The position numbers and the translations under genes are program-made. The notes beneath the pieces are model-generated. The model did no database searches and had not been told where the DNA came from. It was given only the letters and a program-made list of their open reading frames with translations. From Spirochaetota bacterium (GTDB taxonomy: Bacteria; Spirochaetota; Spirochaetia; Treponematales; UBA12059), in assembly GCA_026398615.1 (NCBI GenBank), contig JAPLSN010000041.1:2578-66577 (forward strand): a stretch of DNA of 64,000 nucleotides, read 5' to 3'. Below, one piece after another: positions 37,899-48,080 of the stretch (position 1 is its first letter; every line of letters begins with the position of its first letter).

Positions 37899-38861
37899 AT
37901 GAAGGATCTCCTCGACGAACTCGACCTGTCCTTTTCGGATCCCGGCATCGAAAAAGCCCTCGCCGAAGCCCTTTCAGGACGGGTGAGCACGCCATACGGG
38001 ATGCGTTTCAGCCAGAACGAGGAATTTTTCGTCGTGCTCGAGGAGGGAGTGCGAATTCCCAGCCTGCCCATCCACCATGACGTGAGGAGCCCCGTGCCGG
38101 ACCGGGCATACGCAGCCGCCATGGCCCTGGCGGTGGGCAGGCTCGCGTCGGCGATGCCTGAAGCATTCGAAGGGCTGTCATACAGTTTCGACCCGACCGA
38201 CATTCTCCGGCCCTGTTTTTTCCGCACGCTCGTCCACGGGGGATCGCGCTACCTTTACATGCTCCGTATCGACCTGCCGCTCAAACCCTATGGCGCCCGC
38301 GTGCTGGTTCCCGGCACCAACGATTTTACCGCCGAATATGAAACCCGGCGCTTCATCCTCGAGAGCGAACTCGTGCCGATCAGGGCGACCGGCGCGGATC
38401 CGAACCCGCGGATCTTCAAGCTCATGCAGTACGTGTCGGACACGTGGATCGGCGAGACGGGCAAGGGCTACCAGGTAAGGGGCATATGGATGGACAACGA
38501 CCTCACCAGGTTCTTCACGAGAGTGTTCCTTCCGGAGAGCCGGCGGATCCATCCATTCTACCCGTTGTTCTGCAAGTACAAGTCCATCTGCTGTTTCGTG
38601 CCGGGCCTGGGCGACGGCGCGCGCGGCCTGATGCTTCCTTTCTTTTCCGATGCAATAGCATTCCTCGCCCCCGAGATGGAGAGGATACAGGCGATCCTGA
38701 AACTGGAAAATTTCTCGGATGCGCTCCCGGAGTTCGTCGAGCTCAGGAAAAGCGCCCCCCCACGCTGGCTTCGTTTCTTCGATGGCGTGGAGATCCATGC
38801 ATACCTCAATGAATGGGACATGAAGGAGTACTCGTTTGATTTCACCCCGATCCAGGAATGA
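37899..38861 (+). CDS. Hypothetical protein (320 aa)
   Basis: Long ORF with host-like codon usage and a promoter just upstream; no family recognised. Confidence 0.8.
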   Translation: MKDLLDELDLSFSDPGIEKALAEALSGRVSTPYGMRFSQNEEFFVVLEEGVRIPSLPIHHDVRSPVPDRAYAAAMALAVGRLASAMPEAFEGLSYSFDPTDILRPCFFRTLVHGGSRYLYMLRIDLPLKPYGARVLVPGTNDFTAEYETRRFILESELVPIRATGADPNPRIFKLMQYVSDTWIGETGKGYQVRGIWMDNDLTRFFTRVFLPESRRIHPFYPLFCKYKSICCFVPGLGDGARGLMLPFFSDAIAFLAPEMERIQAILKLENFSDALPEFVELRKSAPPRWLRFFDGVEIHAYLNEWDMKEYSFDFTPIQE

Positions 38862-40215
38862 AGGTTATCCAGGCGCCAAAGTCACCGTCATGGGACTCGG
38901 CCTCAACGGCGGCGGGCTCGCTGTCGCGCGTTTCCTCGCGTCGCGGGGGGCCATCGTCACGGTCACCGACTCGAAGGACGAACGCGCCCTTGCCGAATCC
39001 GTCAGGGCGCTCGACGGCCTGCCCGTCCGTTTCGTCCTCGGACGCCACGAGATGGCCGATTTCGTGGACGCCGACATCGTCGTGAAGAATCCCGCGGTCA
39101 AGCCGGATTCACCCTACCTCGCCGCGGCGAAGCGGGTGGAAACCGATCTCTCGATCTTCCTTGCCTCCTGCCCCTCGCCGATCATCGCGGTCACCGGATC
39201 CAAGGGCAAGTCCACGACCGCGGCTGCCATCCACCACATCCTCTCCTCGTCGGGGAAATGCTTCCTCGGGGGGAACATCACCGTCTCGCCGCTGGATTTC
39301 ATCGACGAGGCGGGAACCGGAACACCCGTCGTCCTCGAACTCTCGAGCTGGCAGCTCGGCGACCTCCGCGGAAGGAAAGTCCTGAAACCCGTCATAGCGG
39401 TGATCACGCGCATCGTACCCGATCATCTCGACCGGTACCCGGGCATGGACGAGTACGTCGCCGACAAACGGCTCATCTACGCCGACCAGGATCCCTCTTG
39501 CTTCACGCTCTGCGACCTGGACGACGCATACGGCCGCTCTTTCGCGGCACAGACGCCCGGAACGCCGCGTTGGTATGCTTCCGAGCTTCCGCCCGGCGAA
39601 TGCGGGGCATACTTCGACGGCAGGATCGGCATGTACGTCGACGGCCGGATCCGCGAGCTCCTGATCCCCGAACGCCTGCTGGTCCCCGGCGCCCATACGA
39701 GGCGCAACCTGCTCGCGGCGGCGCTCGCGTGCCGGGTGTACGGAATGCCGGCCGACGCCATTTCCAAGGCCGTGGCGACGTTCAAGGGCATCGAACACCG
39801 CCTCGAATCCTGCGCGGAGATCGGCGGCGTCCGTTTCTTCAACGATTCGGCCGCCACCGTGCCCGAAGCGGTCGAAGCCGCGATCGGCGCCTTCGAGACG
39901 CCGCCCGTGCTCATAACCGGGGGAACGGACAAGAACCTGGATTTTTCCCCCGTTCGCGCGGCGTACTCGAAAGCCAGCCGCGTCGTGCTGCTCGCCGGCA
40001 CGGGCACCGACAAGCTGAAGGTCCTTCTCGACGAGGACGGAGTCAGGTACGAAGGTCCCTTCGACGATCTTGAAAAGGCCGTCGCCGCGGCGTTTGGAGC
40101 GAGTTCGCGCGGAGACATCATCGTGTTCTCCCCCGGATGCACGTCCTTCGGGATGTTCAGGAACGAATTCGACCGCGGCAGGAAATTCAAGGCTATCGTC
40201 TCTTCTCTCGAATGA
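38836..40215 (+). CDS. murD: UDP-N-acetylmuramoyl-L-alanine:D-glutamate ligase
   Basis: VMGLGLNGGG, AVTGSKGKSTT, VLELSSWQL, PDHLDRY, GIEHRLE, NDSAAT. TTG start with AAGGAG 7 nt upstream. Confidence 0.96.
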   Translation: MISPRSRNEGYPGAKVTVMGLGLNGGGLAVARFLASRGAIVTVTDSKDERALAESVRALDGLPVRFVLGRHEMADFVDADIVVKNPAVKPDSPYLAAAKRVETDLSIFLASCPSPIIAVTGSKGKSTTAAAIHHILSSSGKCFLGGNITVSPLDFIDEAGTGTPVVLELSSWQLGDLRGRKVLKPVIAVITRIVPDHLDRYPGMDEYVADKRLIYADQDPSCFTLCDLDDAYGRSFAAQTPGTPRWYASELPPGECGAYFDGRIGMYVDGRIRELLIPERLLVPGAHTRRNLLAAALACRVYGMPADAISKAVATFKGIEHRLESCAEIGGVRFFNDSAATVPEAVEAAIGAFETPPVLITGGTDKNLDFSPVRAAYSKASRVVLLAGTGTDKLKVLLDEDGVRYEGPFDDLEKAVAAAFGASSRGDIIVFSPGCTSFGMFRNEFDRGRKFKAIVSSLE

Positions 40216-40284
40216 ACGGGGGGTGAATCGAGCTGCGCGATGACGGTGGGGGGAGAACATCCTTCCGTGTGCGCGGGCGTCGTA

Positions 40285-41127
40285 TCACGAGTATGAGATC
40301 GACGCGTACCCGACAAAGGACTCCGATTCGGCGACGTCGAGGCTGCTTCCGAGTTCGAGGAGTTCCGCCTTGACGGCATCCATCCTCCTCGCGTAGCCGA
40401 TGGCGGCGCACACCGCGCCTGCGGAACACGCGGCACCTCCTTCCGTCCCCGTCCGTATGACGGTTCGCTCGTCGAGCCTGAGGGCTGCTTCGACGAAATC
40501 CCTGTCGTTCCGCTTCGCCCATGCGACCGCGGCGCTTCCCCCGCCGGCCGGTTCGAAGCCGTAGGAAGGCCCGTAATGCGTGAGGTCCGTGCTTCCGACG
40601 AGGAGGATCCGGCGTTTCATGCCGGTCGCGGCGTCGGCAACTGCCTCCCCGACCGCGATCGAACCGCTCTCGTTCGGTGCCCGGAGCCAGAGTACCCGGG
40701 CGCCGGGGTAGCGCGACGCGGCGAGCGGCAGGAGAACCTCGACGGTGTTGTCGGCATAATGGTCCTCTCCAGTTCCCATACCGGCCGCTTCGAGGCGCTC
40801 AAGTACCCTGTCCCTGAGTTCGGAATCCGATTCGACGGGTCCGAAAGGCGTCTCGAACGCGTCTTCGCCCGCCCAAAGGACGGGCGCCCCGGCGGGGAGG
40901 TGCCCGCCGATAATGACGATCGTCTCGACCCCGCTCGATCCGGCCAGAAAACTTTCCCACGCGATACGGCCCGAATAGGTCCACCCGGCATGCGGGGCGA
41001 TCGCCGCCGTTGCGGAAGCCGGGGGTCGCCCGCTCTCCCGGTTCCAGTCATCCAGACAGAGCCCGACGCTCCTGCCGTCAACGGGGTACCATCCGCCAGG
41101 CAGCTTCCTTGCCCGCACTTTCATCAT
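40285..41127 (-). CDS. amrB: AmmeMemoRadiSam system protein B (MEMO1 family)
   Basis: GGWYP, IAPHAGWTYSG, STDLTHYG..YG; GGAGG RBS. Confidence 0.88.
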   Translation of the reverse strand: MMKVRARKLPGGWYPVDGRSVGLCLDDWNRESGRPPASATAAIAPHAGWTYSGRIAWESFLAGSSGVETIVIIGGHLPAGAPVLWAGEDAFETPFGPVESDSELRDRVLERLEAAGMGTGEDHYADNTVEVLLPLAASRYPGARVLWLRAPNESGSIAVGEAVADAATGMKRRILLVGSTDLTHYGPSYGFEPAGGGSAAVAWAKRNDRDFVEAALRLDERTVIRTGTEGGAACSAGAVCAAIGYARRMDAVKAELLELGSSLDVAESESFVGYASISYS

Positions 41128-41224
41128 GCACCTCCGGTCGCGGTCCCGTGCAAAGCGATTGCCGCCCATCTCCCGACGGGTGGTTTTTACATGGCGCGCC
41201 CACGGGTTTCAGTATATACTACGG

Positions 41225-42754
41225 ATGATGAAATCCAAAACCGCGGCCTTGTTCTCCGCCCTGAGCGTTCTCGTGTTCGCTTCAGCCATCGGCACGTCCG
41301 CGTTCCGCATATCCGCCATATTATCCGGGAGGAACGATGCGACAGACGCTTCCTTCGCATCCATAGATCGCGCCGCGCGCTATTTATTGACCTCGCCGCC
41401 AGGCGCGGTCGGGGAGCGATGGCGGGATGCTGCCAAGTACGAATACCGCAACACTCCTTCCATCCTGTCCATCGCCGTACGGACCGATGCCGACGGAATC
41501 CGGTACATGATTCCCGCCAGGAATCCTTACCTTGTCAGCCCCGCGGGAAGTTCGGGCACGGTGTATTCCTTCCCGGCCATGACGGCCAGGCTCCGATCCG
41601 CAACCTTCGGGTCGGGTTCGGAGCTCATCTCGGTAGATGTCCTGTATTCCATGCTCGGCCAGGAAGAGATCTTTGAATCCCTGCTGGCCGGTTTCGCCAT
41701 CGTCGGCAGCTGGACCGCGGTTTGCCTCGTGATCCTGCTTGCAGGCGGAAGACCCGCCGGGCGGAGAACGGTCGCCGCGGCTGAAACCGGATCGCAGGCT
41801 CGCGGCGGAAACGCTCCTGAAGACCGCGGCCGGGCCGGTTCCCCGAACGGAGCCGAGCCGTCGTTCCCGGACGCCGAACGGCATGGCGATAACGCGGGTC
41901 CACGGCCTGAGTCCGGAACCGTGCAGGCCGGGACCGGCCAAGGGACGCTGCCTCGGGGTTTCTTCGCCGACGATGTACCGCCATACGATGCCGACGCCTG
42001 CCGGGCCGCACCCGATGGGGCCGCGCATCCCCGCAGTGAACCTGCATCGGACGATGTTCCCGCCGCCCCGTGTGATGCCACGGGGAAGAAAGCGCCGGAT
42101 GCGCCTGATATCGACTGGTTCGACGACGCTCCCGAAGCCGGGGCGTCCACCGATGAAGACCGGCAGCCCCTTTCCGGGAAGGGCGGGGAAGCGCCGGGCG
42201 GGTTGCCCGCAGTGGATACCGTCGAAAACCGGTCTCCGGCCGTTCCGACCGGGCTCTATTCACCAGACACGGGCCTTGGCTGGGAATCCTACCTCAAGGA
42301 GCGGCTCGGTGCGGAGCTCGGCAGGTCGGCGTCATTCGAGCAGGATCTCGTGCTTGCCGTCGTTCTGTTCGAGGAATCCGCCGGCAACGAAACCGCGCAC
42401 ATCATCTGCGCGAAAACGGCGATCGACTTTTTCGGGTTCAGGGATCTTTCGTTCGGACACGGGGAGCGGGGATTCGCTTTCATCCTCCCCAACATCGACA
42501 TCGACCACGGCATACGCATGGCGGAGGAATTCTTCAAGAAGGCGACCTTCATCCTCAAGGATTACCGCGATCCCATGTCGTACATGGATCTTCACATCGG
42601 ACTCGCGTCCAGGTCAGGGCGATTGATCTCCGCGGACCGTCTGCTCACCGAAGCTGAATCCGCGCTCGAGCATGCAAAGTCGGACCACGATTCCCACATC
42701 GTCGCCTTCGTCACGGATGCGGACAAGTACAGGTCCTTCATCTCCGCCACGTGA
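41225..42754 (+). CDS. Membrane protein with a long Pro/Ala/Asp-rich linker and a C-terminal degenerate GGDEF-like domain
   Basis: Two TM segments; DTGLGWESYLKERL..EL.RS, GFAFILPNID.D.G...AE, HIGLASR..R.I.ADRLL.EA..AL..AK. No GG(D/E)EF motif. Start is ATG 41225 or 41228. Confidence 0.75.
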   Translation: MMKSKTAALFSALSVLVFASAIGTSAFRISAILSGRNDATDASFASIDRAARYLLTSPPGAVGERWRDAAKYEYRNTPSILSIAVRTDADGIRYMIPARNPYLVSPAGSSGTVYSFPAMTARLRSATFGSGSELISVDVLYSMLGQEEIFESLLAGFAIVGSWTAVCLVILLAGGRPAGRRTVAAAETGSQARGGNAPEDRGRAGSPNGAEPSFPDAERHGDNAGPRPESGTVQAGTGQGTLPRGFFADDVPPYDADACRAAPDGAAHPRSEPASDDVPAAPCDATGKKAPDAPDIDWFDDAPEAGASTDEDRQPLSGKGGEAPGGLPAVDTVENRSPAVPTGLYSPDTGLGWESYLKERLGAELGRSASFEQDLVLAVVLFEESAGNETAHIICAKTAIDFFGFRDLSFGHGERGFAFILPNIDIDHGIRMAEEFFKKATFILKDYRDPMSYMDLHIGLASRSGRLISADRLLTEAESALEHAKSDHDSHIVAFVTDADKYRSFISAT

Positions 42755-42821
42755 GGCGGGGCATGGAACCGAAATCCTGTATCCGGCGCCCCCGTGATGC
42801 TTTTCTCGTCGGCATGTGTGC

Positions 42822-43826
42822 CTACGGTGTGGGCGTCGGGGTAGGTGCGGTCATCATGGCTGGTGTCTTGAGCGCATTCTTCAAGGTCCATGCGCTCACG
42901 AGGAAACGGTAGTCGAGCCCGTCGACCGATACGACGAATCGCCCCTCACCGTCCGGCTTGCCGTCGACCGAAATCGTCCGTTTCGTCCCCTCCCCGAGTT
43001 CGAGCCCGATCGTGAGCCCGGCGGAAACCGTACCCGGGGGAGCGAAATCCTCGGCCTCCATGGTCGCCAGCGAACGTGCGAAACGCTCGACCGCCGACGG
43101 GTCCAGGACGATGGCATCCAGGCCCTCGGCGCGCCAAAGCGTCTTCTCGTCCCGCACCAGCATGAAGTTTCCGGAGAAGGACGAACCGCCTCCCCCGGCC
43201 TGCGCCGGGTATCCGACCGCGCCGGTCACGCTGACTCGCTGGATATCGTCGACGCGGACGGCGTCCCGGAACAGGCGCAGGTCGTACCAGGGCTTGACGC
43301 CAGTCGAGAGATAGCCGGCAAAACTGCCCTTCACCGCGAATGCGTCCTTCTTTCCGGCGAGCCCGACGTAGACCCTGCCCCCCGAAGGCGCGTAGTCGCC
43401 CACGAGGAGTTCCCGGAGGACGGTGCCGTCATTCCGCTTGAAAAGCACGCGGATCGCGGAAGCACCGAGGCCCAGCCGGTCAGCGGCCGCTTCCATCGAG
43501 CCGATCCTTTCCAGCGAGGTGACGGATGAGAGCTCCTTCAGGAAGGCATCCACCCGGCTGGCGAGCGCGGGCCGTGACAGGGATCCGGATTCCACGAACC
43601 ACTGTCCGTCCTTCCCCCGGAGCGCGTAGCTGTCCTTCCCGCTTACTTCGATGCCCGCCATCCCGTCGGGATATCCGGATGACCCGGATTTCCCCGGCAG
43701 GAGACTCCCGCGCGACGCCCGCGCGGCCGAGGCTTCCGGCGAGAAAACCGCGCCGGCCGCGAGGGACAGCGCGAAGAAAACGATGAGCGCGGCCAGCATC
43801 CTGACCCTGTCGCGATACTTCATCAT
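42822..43826 (-). CDS. DUF4340-domain protein
   Basis: N-terminal TM helix; two repeated 'W......LG..YV' modules; last gene of the Gld-like ABC operon. Confidence 0.8.
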   Translation of the reverse strand: MMKYRDRVRMLAALIVFFALSLAAGAVFSPEASAARASRGSLLPGKSGSSGYPDGMAGIEVSGKDSYALRGKDGQWFVESGSLSRPALASRVDAFLKELSSVTSLERIGSMEAAADRLGLGASAIRVLFKRNDGTVLRELLVGDYAPSGGRVYVGLAGKKDAFAVKGSFAGYLSTGVKPWYDLRLFRDAVRVDDIQRVSVTGAVGYPAQAGGGGSSFSGNFMLVRDEKTLWRAEGLDAIVLDPSAVERFARSLATMEAEDFAPPGTVSAGLTIGLELGEGTKRTISVDGKPDGEGRFVVSVDGLDYRFLVSAWTLKNALKTPAMMTAPTPTPTP

Positions 43827-45439
43827 GCCGCGCCTCCCTTGGTTTTCCGCGATTCCTTCTCGAGTCGCGAGCGTTTCGACGCGCGCGCCAAGCCCCACGC
43901 GACGACGAATCCCGGAACGGCGACGAGGGTTATCGCGTATACGAAGAGCACGAGGGTGCGCTTGGCGGCGGGGTCGTCGAACTGGCGCATCCTCGTTCCG
44001 CCTTCCGACCTGGATTTCACAGCGATGAGGTCATCGTCCGAGGACAGCCAGTCGGCCGCGTTGCCGGCGAACGCGGCATTGAATGTGCTTTCGCTCATCG
44101 TCATGAGGTCGGTGAGGAAGTCCGCCGAAGAGACGACGACGATGCGCGTGTCCCTGCCCGTGGCGGGCGGCGGGGCGAGCTTGCCTGAGGCCCCCTCGCG
44201 GACGGGCAAGGTCCTGTTCGCGAACGCGCTCGGGAACGAACCGGACAGCGCTGCCGCCAGCACGTACTGCCCCCTGGTGGCTTCCGCTTCGAGGTAGAAG
44301 CCGGCTTCGTTTTCCGGGTTGACCTCGAAGCGGCCGGTCTGCAGCCATGCCTTGGCGCCTGTCTGCGCGAGCGGCTCGGTCTTCACGCCGTCGACCGCGC
44401 GCAGCGTCATCGGGCTCGGCCAGAAAAGATCCAGGCCGGGGAAGCGCGACGTGATCGGATGCTTTCCGTCGACGTTCCCCACGTTCACGATGATCCAGTG
44501 GGGATACCGCGTATACCTGATCTCGACGCCGCCCCGCGGGTTCCTCGCCTGGAATGGCACCGTGAGGCAGGACGTGTCCAGCACGAGTTCCTTCGCGATA
44601 TCGACTCCGTACATCGCGAGCAGTTTCGGGATGCCTCCGTCGGTGACCGGGGCCGCAGTGAGACCGTACCCGGTGGAAACGGCAATGGTCCTGGCCGCGA
44701 AGAAGACGCGGCCTCCCCGCATGACGAAATCGTCGATGAAGTAGGCGTCATAGTCGTCGAGCGCGGAATTCCCGAGCACGAAGAGGATGGAAACCTCGGG
44801 ATCGACGGGTACGCCCCGTTTCGTCTCCCGGGGCGCGTAACCGTACTTCTGCAGGGCCATACCCAGCGTGCGATAATCGTTTTCCATCGTCTTGTCGGCA
44901 TCGCCAACGATGAGACCCGCGACGGGCTTGCGGTCCCTCACGAGGGACCGGACGAGCTTCACGATCTCGTACTCCAGGGTCTCGGTACCGATGATGGCCG
45001 GGATGGCGGCGTGGCGGTCAAGATACTCGGCCACGATTCCCGTGTAAACCAATGCCACCCGCGATTCGGATCTCTCGACGACCTGCATCTGCTGGGGGGC
45101 CACGCCGAGTGCGTCTGCTGCGCCCGGGTCGGATTCTGGATCCTTGAACGAAACCCTGATCTTGCCGCGCGAAGCCGCCTCCAGCTCCCGGAGCAGGTCC
45201 TCGATCGCCGCCGGGCCCGGATGCTTGTCGGCCAGGTTTTTCGAGATGAAATAGGTGATGCGGACCGGGTCCCCGATCTCCTCGTGGAGCTTTCTCGCCG
45301 CCGCCGAAAGCGTGTGGGAGCGCGACCCCGTCAGGTCCAACCTGAAAAAGAACCTGGCCGAGAACGCGGCGCCGAGGACGATGGCCGCGATCGACAGGAT
45401 GAGCAGTATACGCTCCTCGCGAATCTTCTTGCGTATCAT
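43823..45439 (-). CDS. GldG-family ABC-associated periplasmic component
   Basis: RLDLTGSRSHTLS, PVRITYFIS, EYEIVKL, TM helices at both ends. Confidence 0.88.
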   Translation of the reverse strand: MIRKKIREERILLILSIAAIVLGAAFSARFFFRLDLTGSRSHTLSAAARKLHEEIGDPVRITYFISKNLADKHPGPAAIEDLLRELEAASRGKIRVSFKDPESDPGAADALGVAPQQMQVVERSESRVALVYTGIVAEYLDRHAAIPAIIGTETLEYEIVKLVRSLVRDRKPVAGLIVGDADKTMENDYRTLGMALQKYGYAPRETKRGVPVDPEVSILFVLGNSALDDYDAYFIDDFVMRGGRVFFAARTIAVSTGYGLTAAPVTDGGIPKLLAMYGVDIAKELVLDTSCLTVPFQARNPRGGVEIRYTRYPHWIIVNVGNVDGKHPITSRFPGLDLFWPSPMTLRAVDGVKTEPLAQTGAKAWLQTGRFEVNPENEAGFYLEAEATRGQYVLAAALSGSFPSAFANRTLPVREGASGKLAPPPATGRDTRIVVVSSADFLTDLMTMSESTFNAAFAGNAADWLSSDDDLIAVKSRSEGGTRMRQFDDPAAKRTLVLFVYAITLVAVPGFVVAWGLARASKRSRLEKESRKTKGGAA

Positions 45440-45443
45440 CGCC

Positions 45444-46166
45444 TCACCTCCACTTCCGCATTTTAAGCTCCTTCGCCGTCAGGTACAGGAACAGGACGGA
45501 GAGGAGCGAAAAATACCCGACGTCGCGCGTATCCACCACGCCGCTGACGAAGCTCTCGAAGTGGAAGTTGATGGATGCGTAATTGAGGGCGTTCGCGACC
45601 GGTGCCGGGAGGGAGAGCCAGACGTTGAGCTGGTTGAGGAGCGTGAGGCAGAGCAACGCCAGAGCGGTGAAGATAAAGGCACTGATCTGGTTGCCCGCCG
45701 CGGACGACACGAACTGCCCGACCGACGCGCACGCCGCGGCCATGAAGAGCACGCCCAGGTATTCGCCCGCAACCTGCCCCGGGTCGATCTGCCCGAACAT
45801 CGAGACAAGAAGCGGCACGGGCAGCGTGAGGGCCGTCGCCATCGCGATGAGCGTCATCGTCGCCATGAATTTGCCGGCGACGAGTTCGCCCTCGGAGAAC
45901 GGCATCGTGGCGAGGAGTTCGTAGGTCCCCTGGCGTTTTTCCTCGGCCCAGAGCCTCATGGTGAGGGCGGGGACGAGGATCGTGAACACCGCCGGCATGA
46001 CCGCGAAAAATTCCCTCAGGGAGACGTCCCCGCGGGCGAAGAAGTTGCGGACGAAGAAAAACCACACGGAGCAGAACACGAGGAAGAACAGCACAAAGAT
46101 GTAGGCGGCCGGCGAATTCGCATAGCTGGTCATTTCACGCCGGACGATCGACAGGATCCTTTTCAT
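45444..46166 (-). CDS. GldF-like ABC-2 permease
   Basis: RREMTSYANSPAAY, PALTMRLWAEEKRQGTYELL, HFESFVSGVVDTRD. Confidence 0.92.
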   Translation of the reverse strand: MKRILSIVRREMTSYANSPAAYIFVLFFLVFCSVWFFFVRNFFARGDVSLREFFAVMPAVFTILVPALTMRLWAEEKRQGTYELLATMPFSEGELVAGKFMATMTLIAMATALTLPVPLLVSMFGQIDPGQVAGEYLGVLFMAAACASVGQFVSSAAGNQISAFIFTALALLCLTLLNQLNVWLSLPAPVANALNYASINFHFESFVSGVVDTRDVGYFSLLSVLFLYLTAKELKMRKWR

Positions 46167-47131
46167 GGCTGTTTTTCCTCCGTGGTGAGCTTGACGAAGA
46201 TTTCCTCGAGAGAGAGGCATTCCCTCCTCATCTCGAGGATCTTGAATCCCCCGGAGACGGCCCAGTCGAAGACGTCTTCCGCCGGGCCGCCCTGGTACCC
46301 GTCTTTCGCGGCCAGGCTGAGGGGCGCGGCGAGCCTGATGCGCACGGCGCCCGGGCCCGCGTTCTCGATGTCGCCGGTGGGCCTGACCGCGCGGAGCGAG
46401 GAAAACGCGGAGCGGACGCGGCCGGCATCGGCCTTGAGCGTGAGTTCGAACCGCTCCTCGCCCTTGAGCGCGTCGCCGATGGTCCCGGTAGCGCCGGCCG
46501 CGACGATCCGCCCTTCGTTCATGATGAGGACATCGGCGCAGAGCGCTTCGGCTTCCTGGAGTATGTGCGTGCACAGGATGACGGTTTTCTTCTCGCCGAG
46601 CGCGCGTATCAGGGCCCGGATCTCGAGGATCTGGTTGGGGTCGAGGCCGCTGGTGGGCTCGTCGAGGATGAGGATGTCCGGGTCATGGAGTATGGCCTGG
46701 GCCAATCCGACGCGTTGGCGGAAACCCTTCGAGAGTTTTTCTATCGGCACGTGGAACACTGTCGCGAGCCCGCAGGCCTCGACGGACTTCCCGACGGCTT
46801 CCTTCCCGGACGCACCCTCGAGCCCGCGGGACGAGGCGGCGAAGGAAAGGAATTCGGAAACGGTGAGATCTGGGTACAGGGGCGCGTTCTCGGGCAGGTA
46901 GCCGACCCTTCGCTTGACCTCGAAGGGGTTTTCGACGATATCGAACCCGTCGAGCGTTGCGGAACCCGCGCTGGGCCAGTGATAACCCGTGAGGATCCTC
47001 ATGACCGTCGTCTTGCCGGCGCCGTTCGGCCCGAGCAAGCCCACGATCCGGCCGGTCCCCACCGTGAAGGAAACGCCCTTGACGGCTTCGTAATCGCCGT
47101 AGCGTTTCATGAGGTCGACGGCTTCGATCAT
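46163..47131 (-). CDS. GldA-like ABC ATP-binding protein
   Basis: GPNGAGKTT, LSKGFRQRVGLAQA, LILDEPTSGLDP. Confidence 0.93.
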   Translation of the reverse strand: MIEAVDLMKRYGDYEAVKGVSFTVGTGRIVGLLGPNGAGKTTVMRILTGYHWPSAGSATLDGFDIVENPFEVKRRVGYLPENAPLYPDLTVSEFLSFAASSRGLEGASGKEAVGKSVEACGLATVFHVPIEKLSKGFRQRVGLAQAILHDPDILILDEPTSGLDPNQILEIRALIRALGEKKTVILCTHILQEAEALCADVLIMNEGRIVAAGATGTIGDALKGEERFELTLKADAGRVRSAFSSLRAVRPTGDIENAGPGAVRIRLAAPLSLAAKDGYQGGPAEDVFDWAVSGGFKILEMRRECLSLEEIFVKLTTEEKQP

Positions 47132-47150
47132 ATCGGTCTCCTTAGGCTGG

Positions 47151-48080
47151 CTAGTCTTCGTATTCCAGCGGGAAGTGCATGCGGTCCTTCGTGAGGACCG
47201 TCTCGGGGAATACCGCCTTGGCTTCCTCGAGGACACGCTTCAAATCCTGTTCCGTGTAGCGCGGACTGTAGTGGATAAGGCCGAGCTTCTTCACGCCGCC
47301 CGAGTCGAGCGCCAGATGGGCCGCCTGCTCGGCCGTCATGTGCTTCTTCTCGATCGCGCTCTCGAGAAGTGCCTTCTCGAACATACCCTCGCAGATGAAG
47401 AGGTCGGAATTCGCGACCTCCCCGGCGATTTCCGGGAAATAGAGAGAATCCGTCACGTAGCTGAATTTCCTGCCCGAACGCGGCGGCCCGAGCACCATTC
47501 CCGGCTCGACCACCTTCCCGTCAGGCAGCTCGACGTTCTCCCCGCCCTGGAGCCGTGACCACAGCGGCCCAACCGGGACTCCGAGCTCTCCCGCCTTCTC
47601 CGGGAAGAACGCGCCAGGCCTCGGGGATTCTTCAAGGGTATACCCGACGCAGGGCTTGGTGTGCCTGAGGCCGAAGGAACGTATGGCGAAACCGTCGCCC
47701 TCGTAGCAGATGCCGGGCTCCTGCATCTCGCGCACGACGATCTCGTAGTTGATGTACATGTCGAGCACGCGCCGGCTGGATTCGATGTACTCGGCGATCT
47801 TCGGAGGCCCGTAGATGTAGAGCGGTTCCGTCCGGTCGACCTGGCTCGAAAGCATGAGCAGCCCGGGCAGCCCGGTGACGTGGTCGGCGTGCGTGTGCGA
47901 GATGAAGATCGCCGTGATCTTCTTCCACCTGAGGTTGAGGCGCCGGAGGGAAATCTGCGTCGCCTCGCCCGCGTCGAACAGGAACAGCTCCCCCTCGCGG
48001 CGGAGGAGGACGCTCGTGAGGTGTCTGTGTGGCAAGGGCATCATTCCGCCGCAGCCGAGCACGAAGGCTTCGAGATTCAT
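47151..48080 (-). CDS. rnz: Ribonuclease Z
   Basis: FVLGCGGMMP, FDAGEATQ, SHTHADHVTG, KKHMTA, LIHYSPRY. Confidence 0.95.
   Translation of the reverse strand: MNLEAFVLGCGGMMPLPHRHLTSVLLRREGELFLFDAGEATQISLRRLNLRWKKITAIFISHTHADHVTGLPGLLMLSSQVDRTEPLYIYGPPKIAEYIESSRRVLDMYINYEIVVREMQEPGICYEGDGFAIRSFGLRHTKPCVGYTLEESPRPGAFFPEKAGELGVPVGPLWSRLQGGENVELPDGKVVEPGMVLGPPRSGRKFSYVTDSLYFPEIAGEVANSDLFICEGMFEKALLESAIEKKHMTAEQAAHLALDSGGVKKLGLIHYSPRYTEQDLKRVLEEAKAVFPETVLTKDRMHFPLEYED

Noticed and set aside
38836-38880. Possible frameshift at the murD 5' end (ATG 38858 is out of frame; one extra G would give MKGYPGAKVTV)
   Set aside because: An in-frame TTG at 38836 with AAGGAG 7 nt upstream gives an intact protein, so no lesion is required. 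Reads could still be checked.
42822-47131. GldA/F/G homologues as evidence of gliding motility
   Set aside because: This ABC/GldG/DUF4340 module is widespread in non-gliding bacteria, and no T9SS or other gld/spr genes are present.
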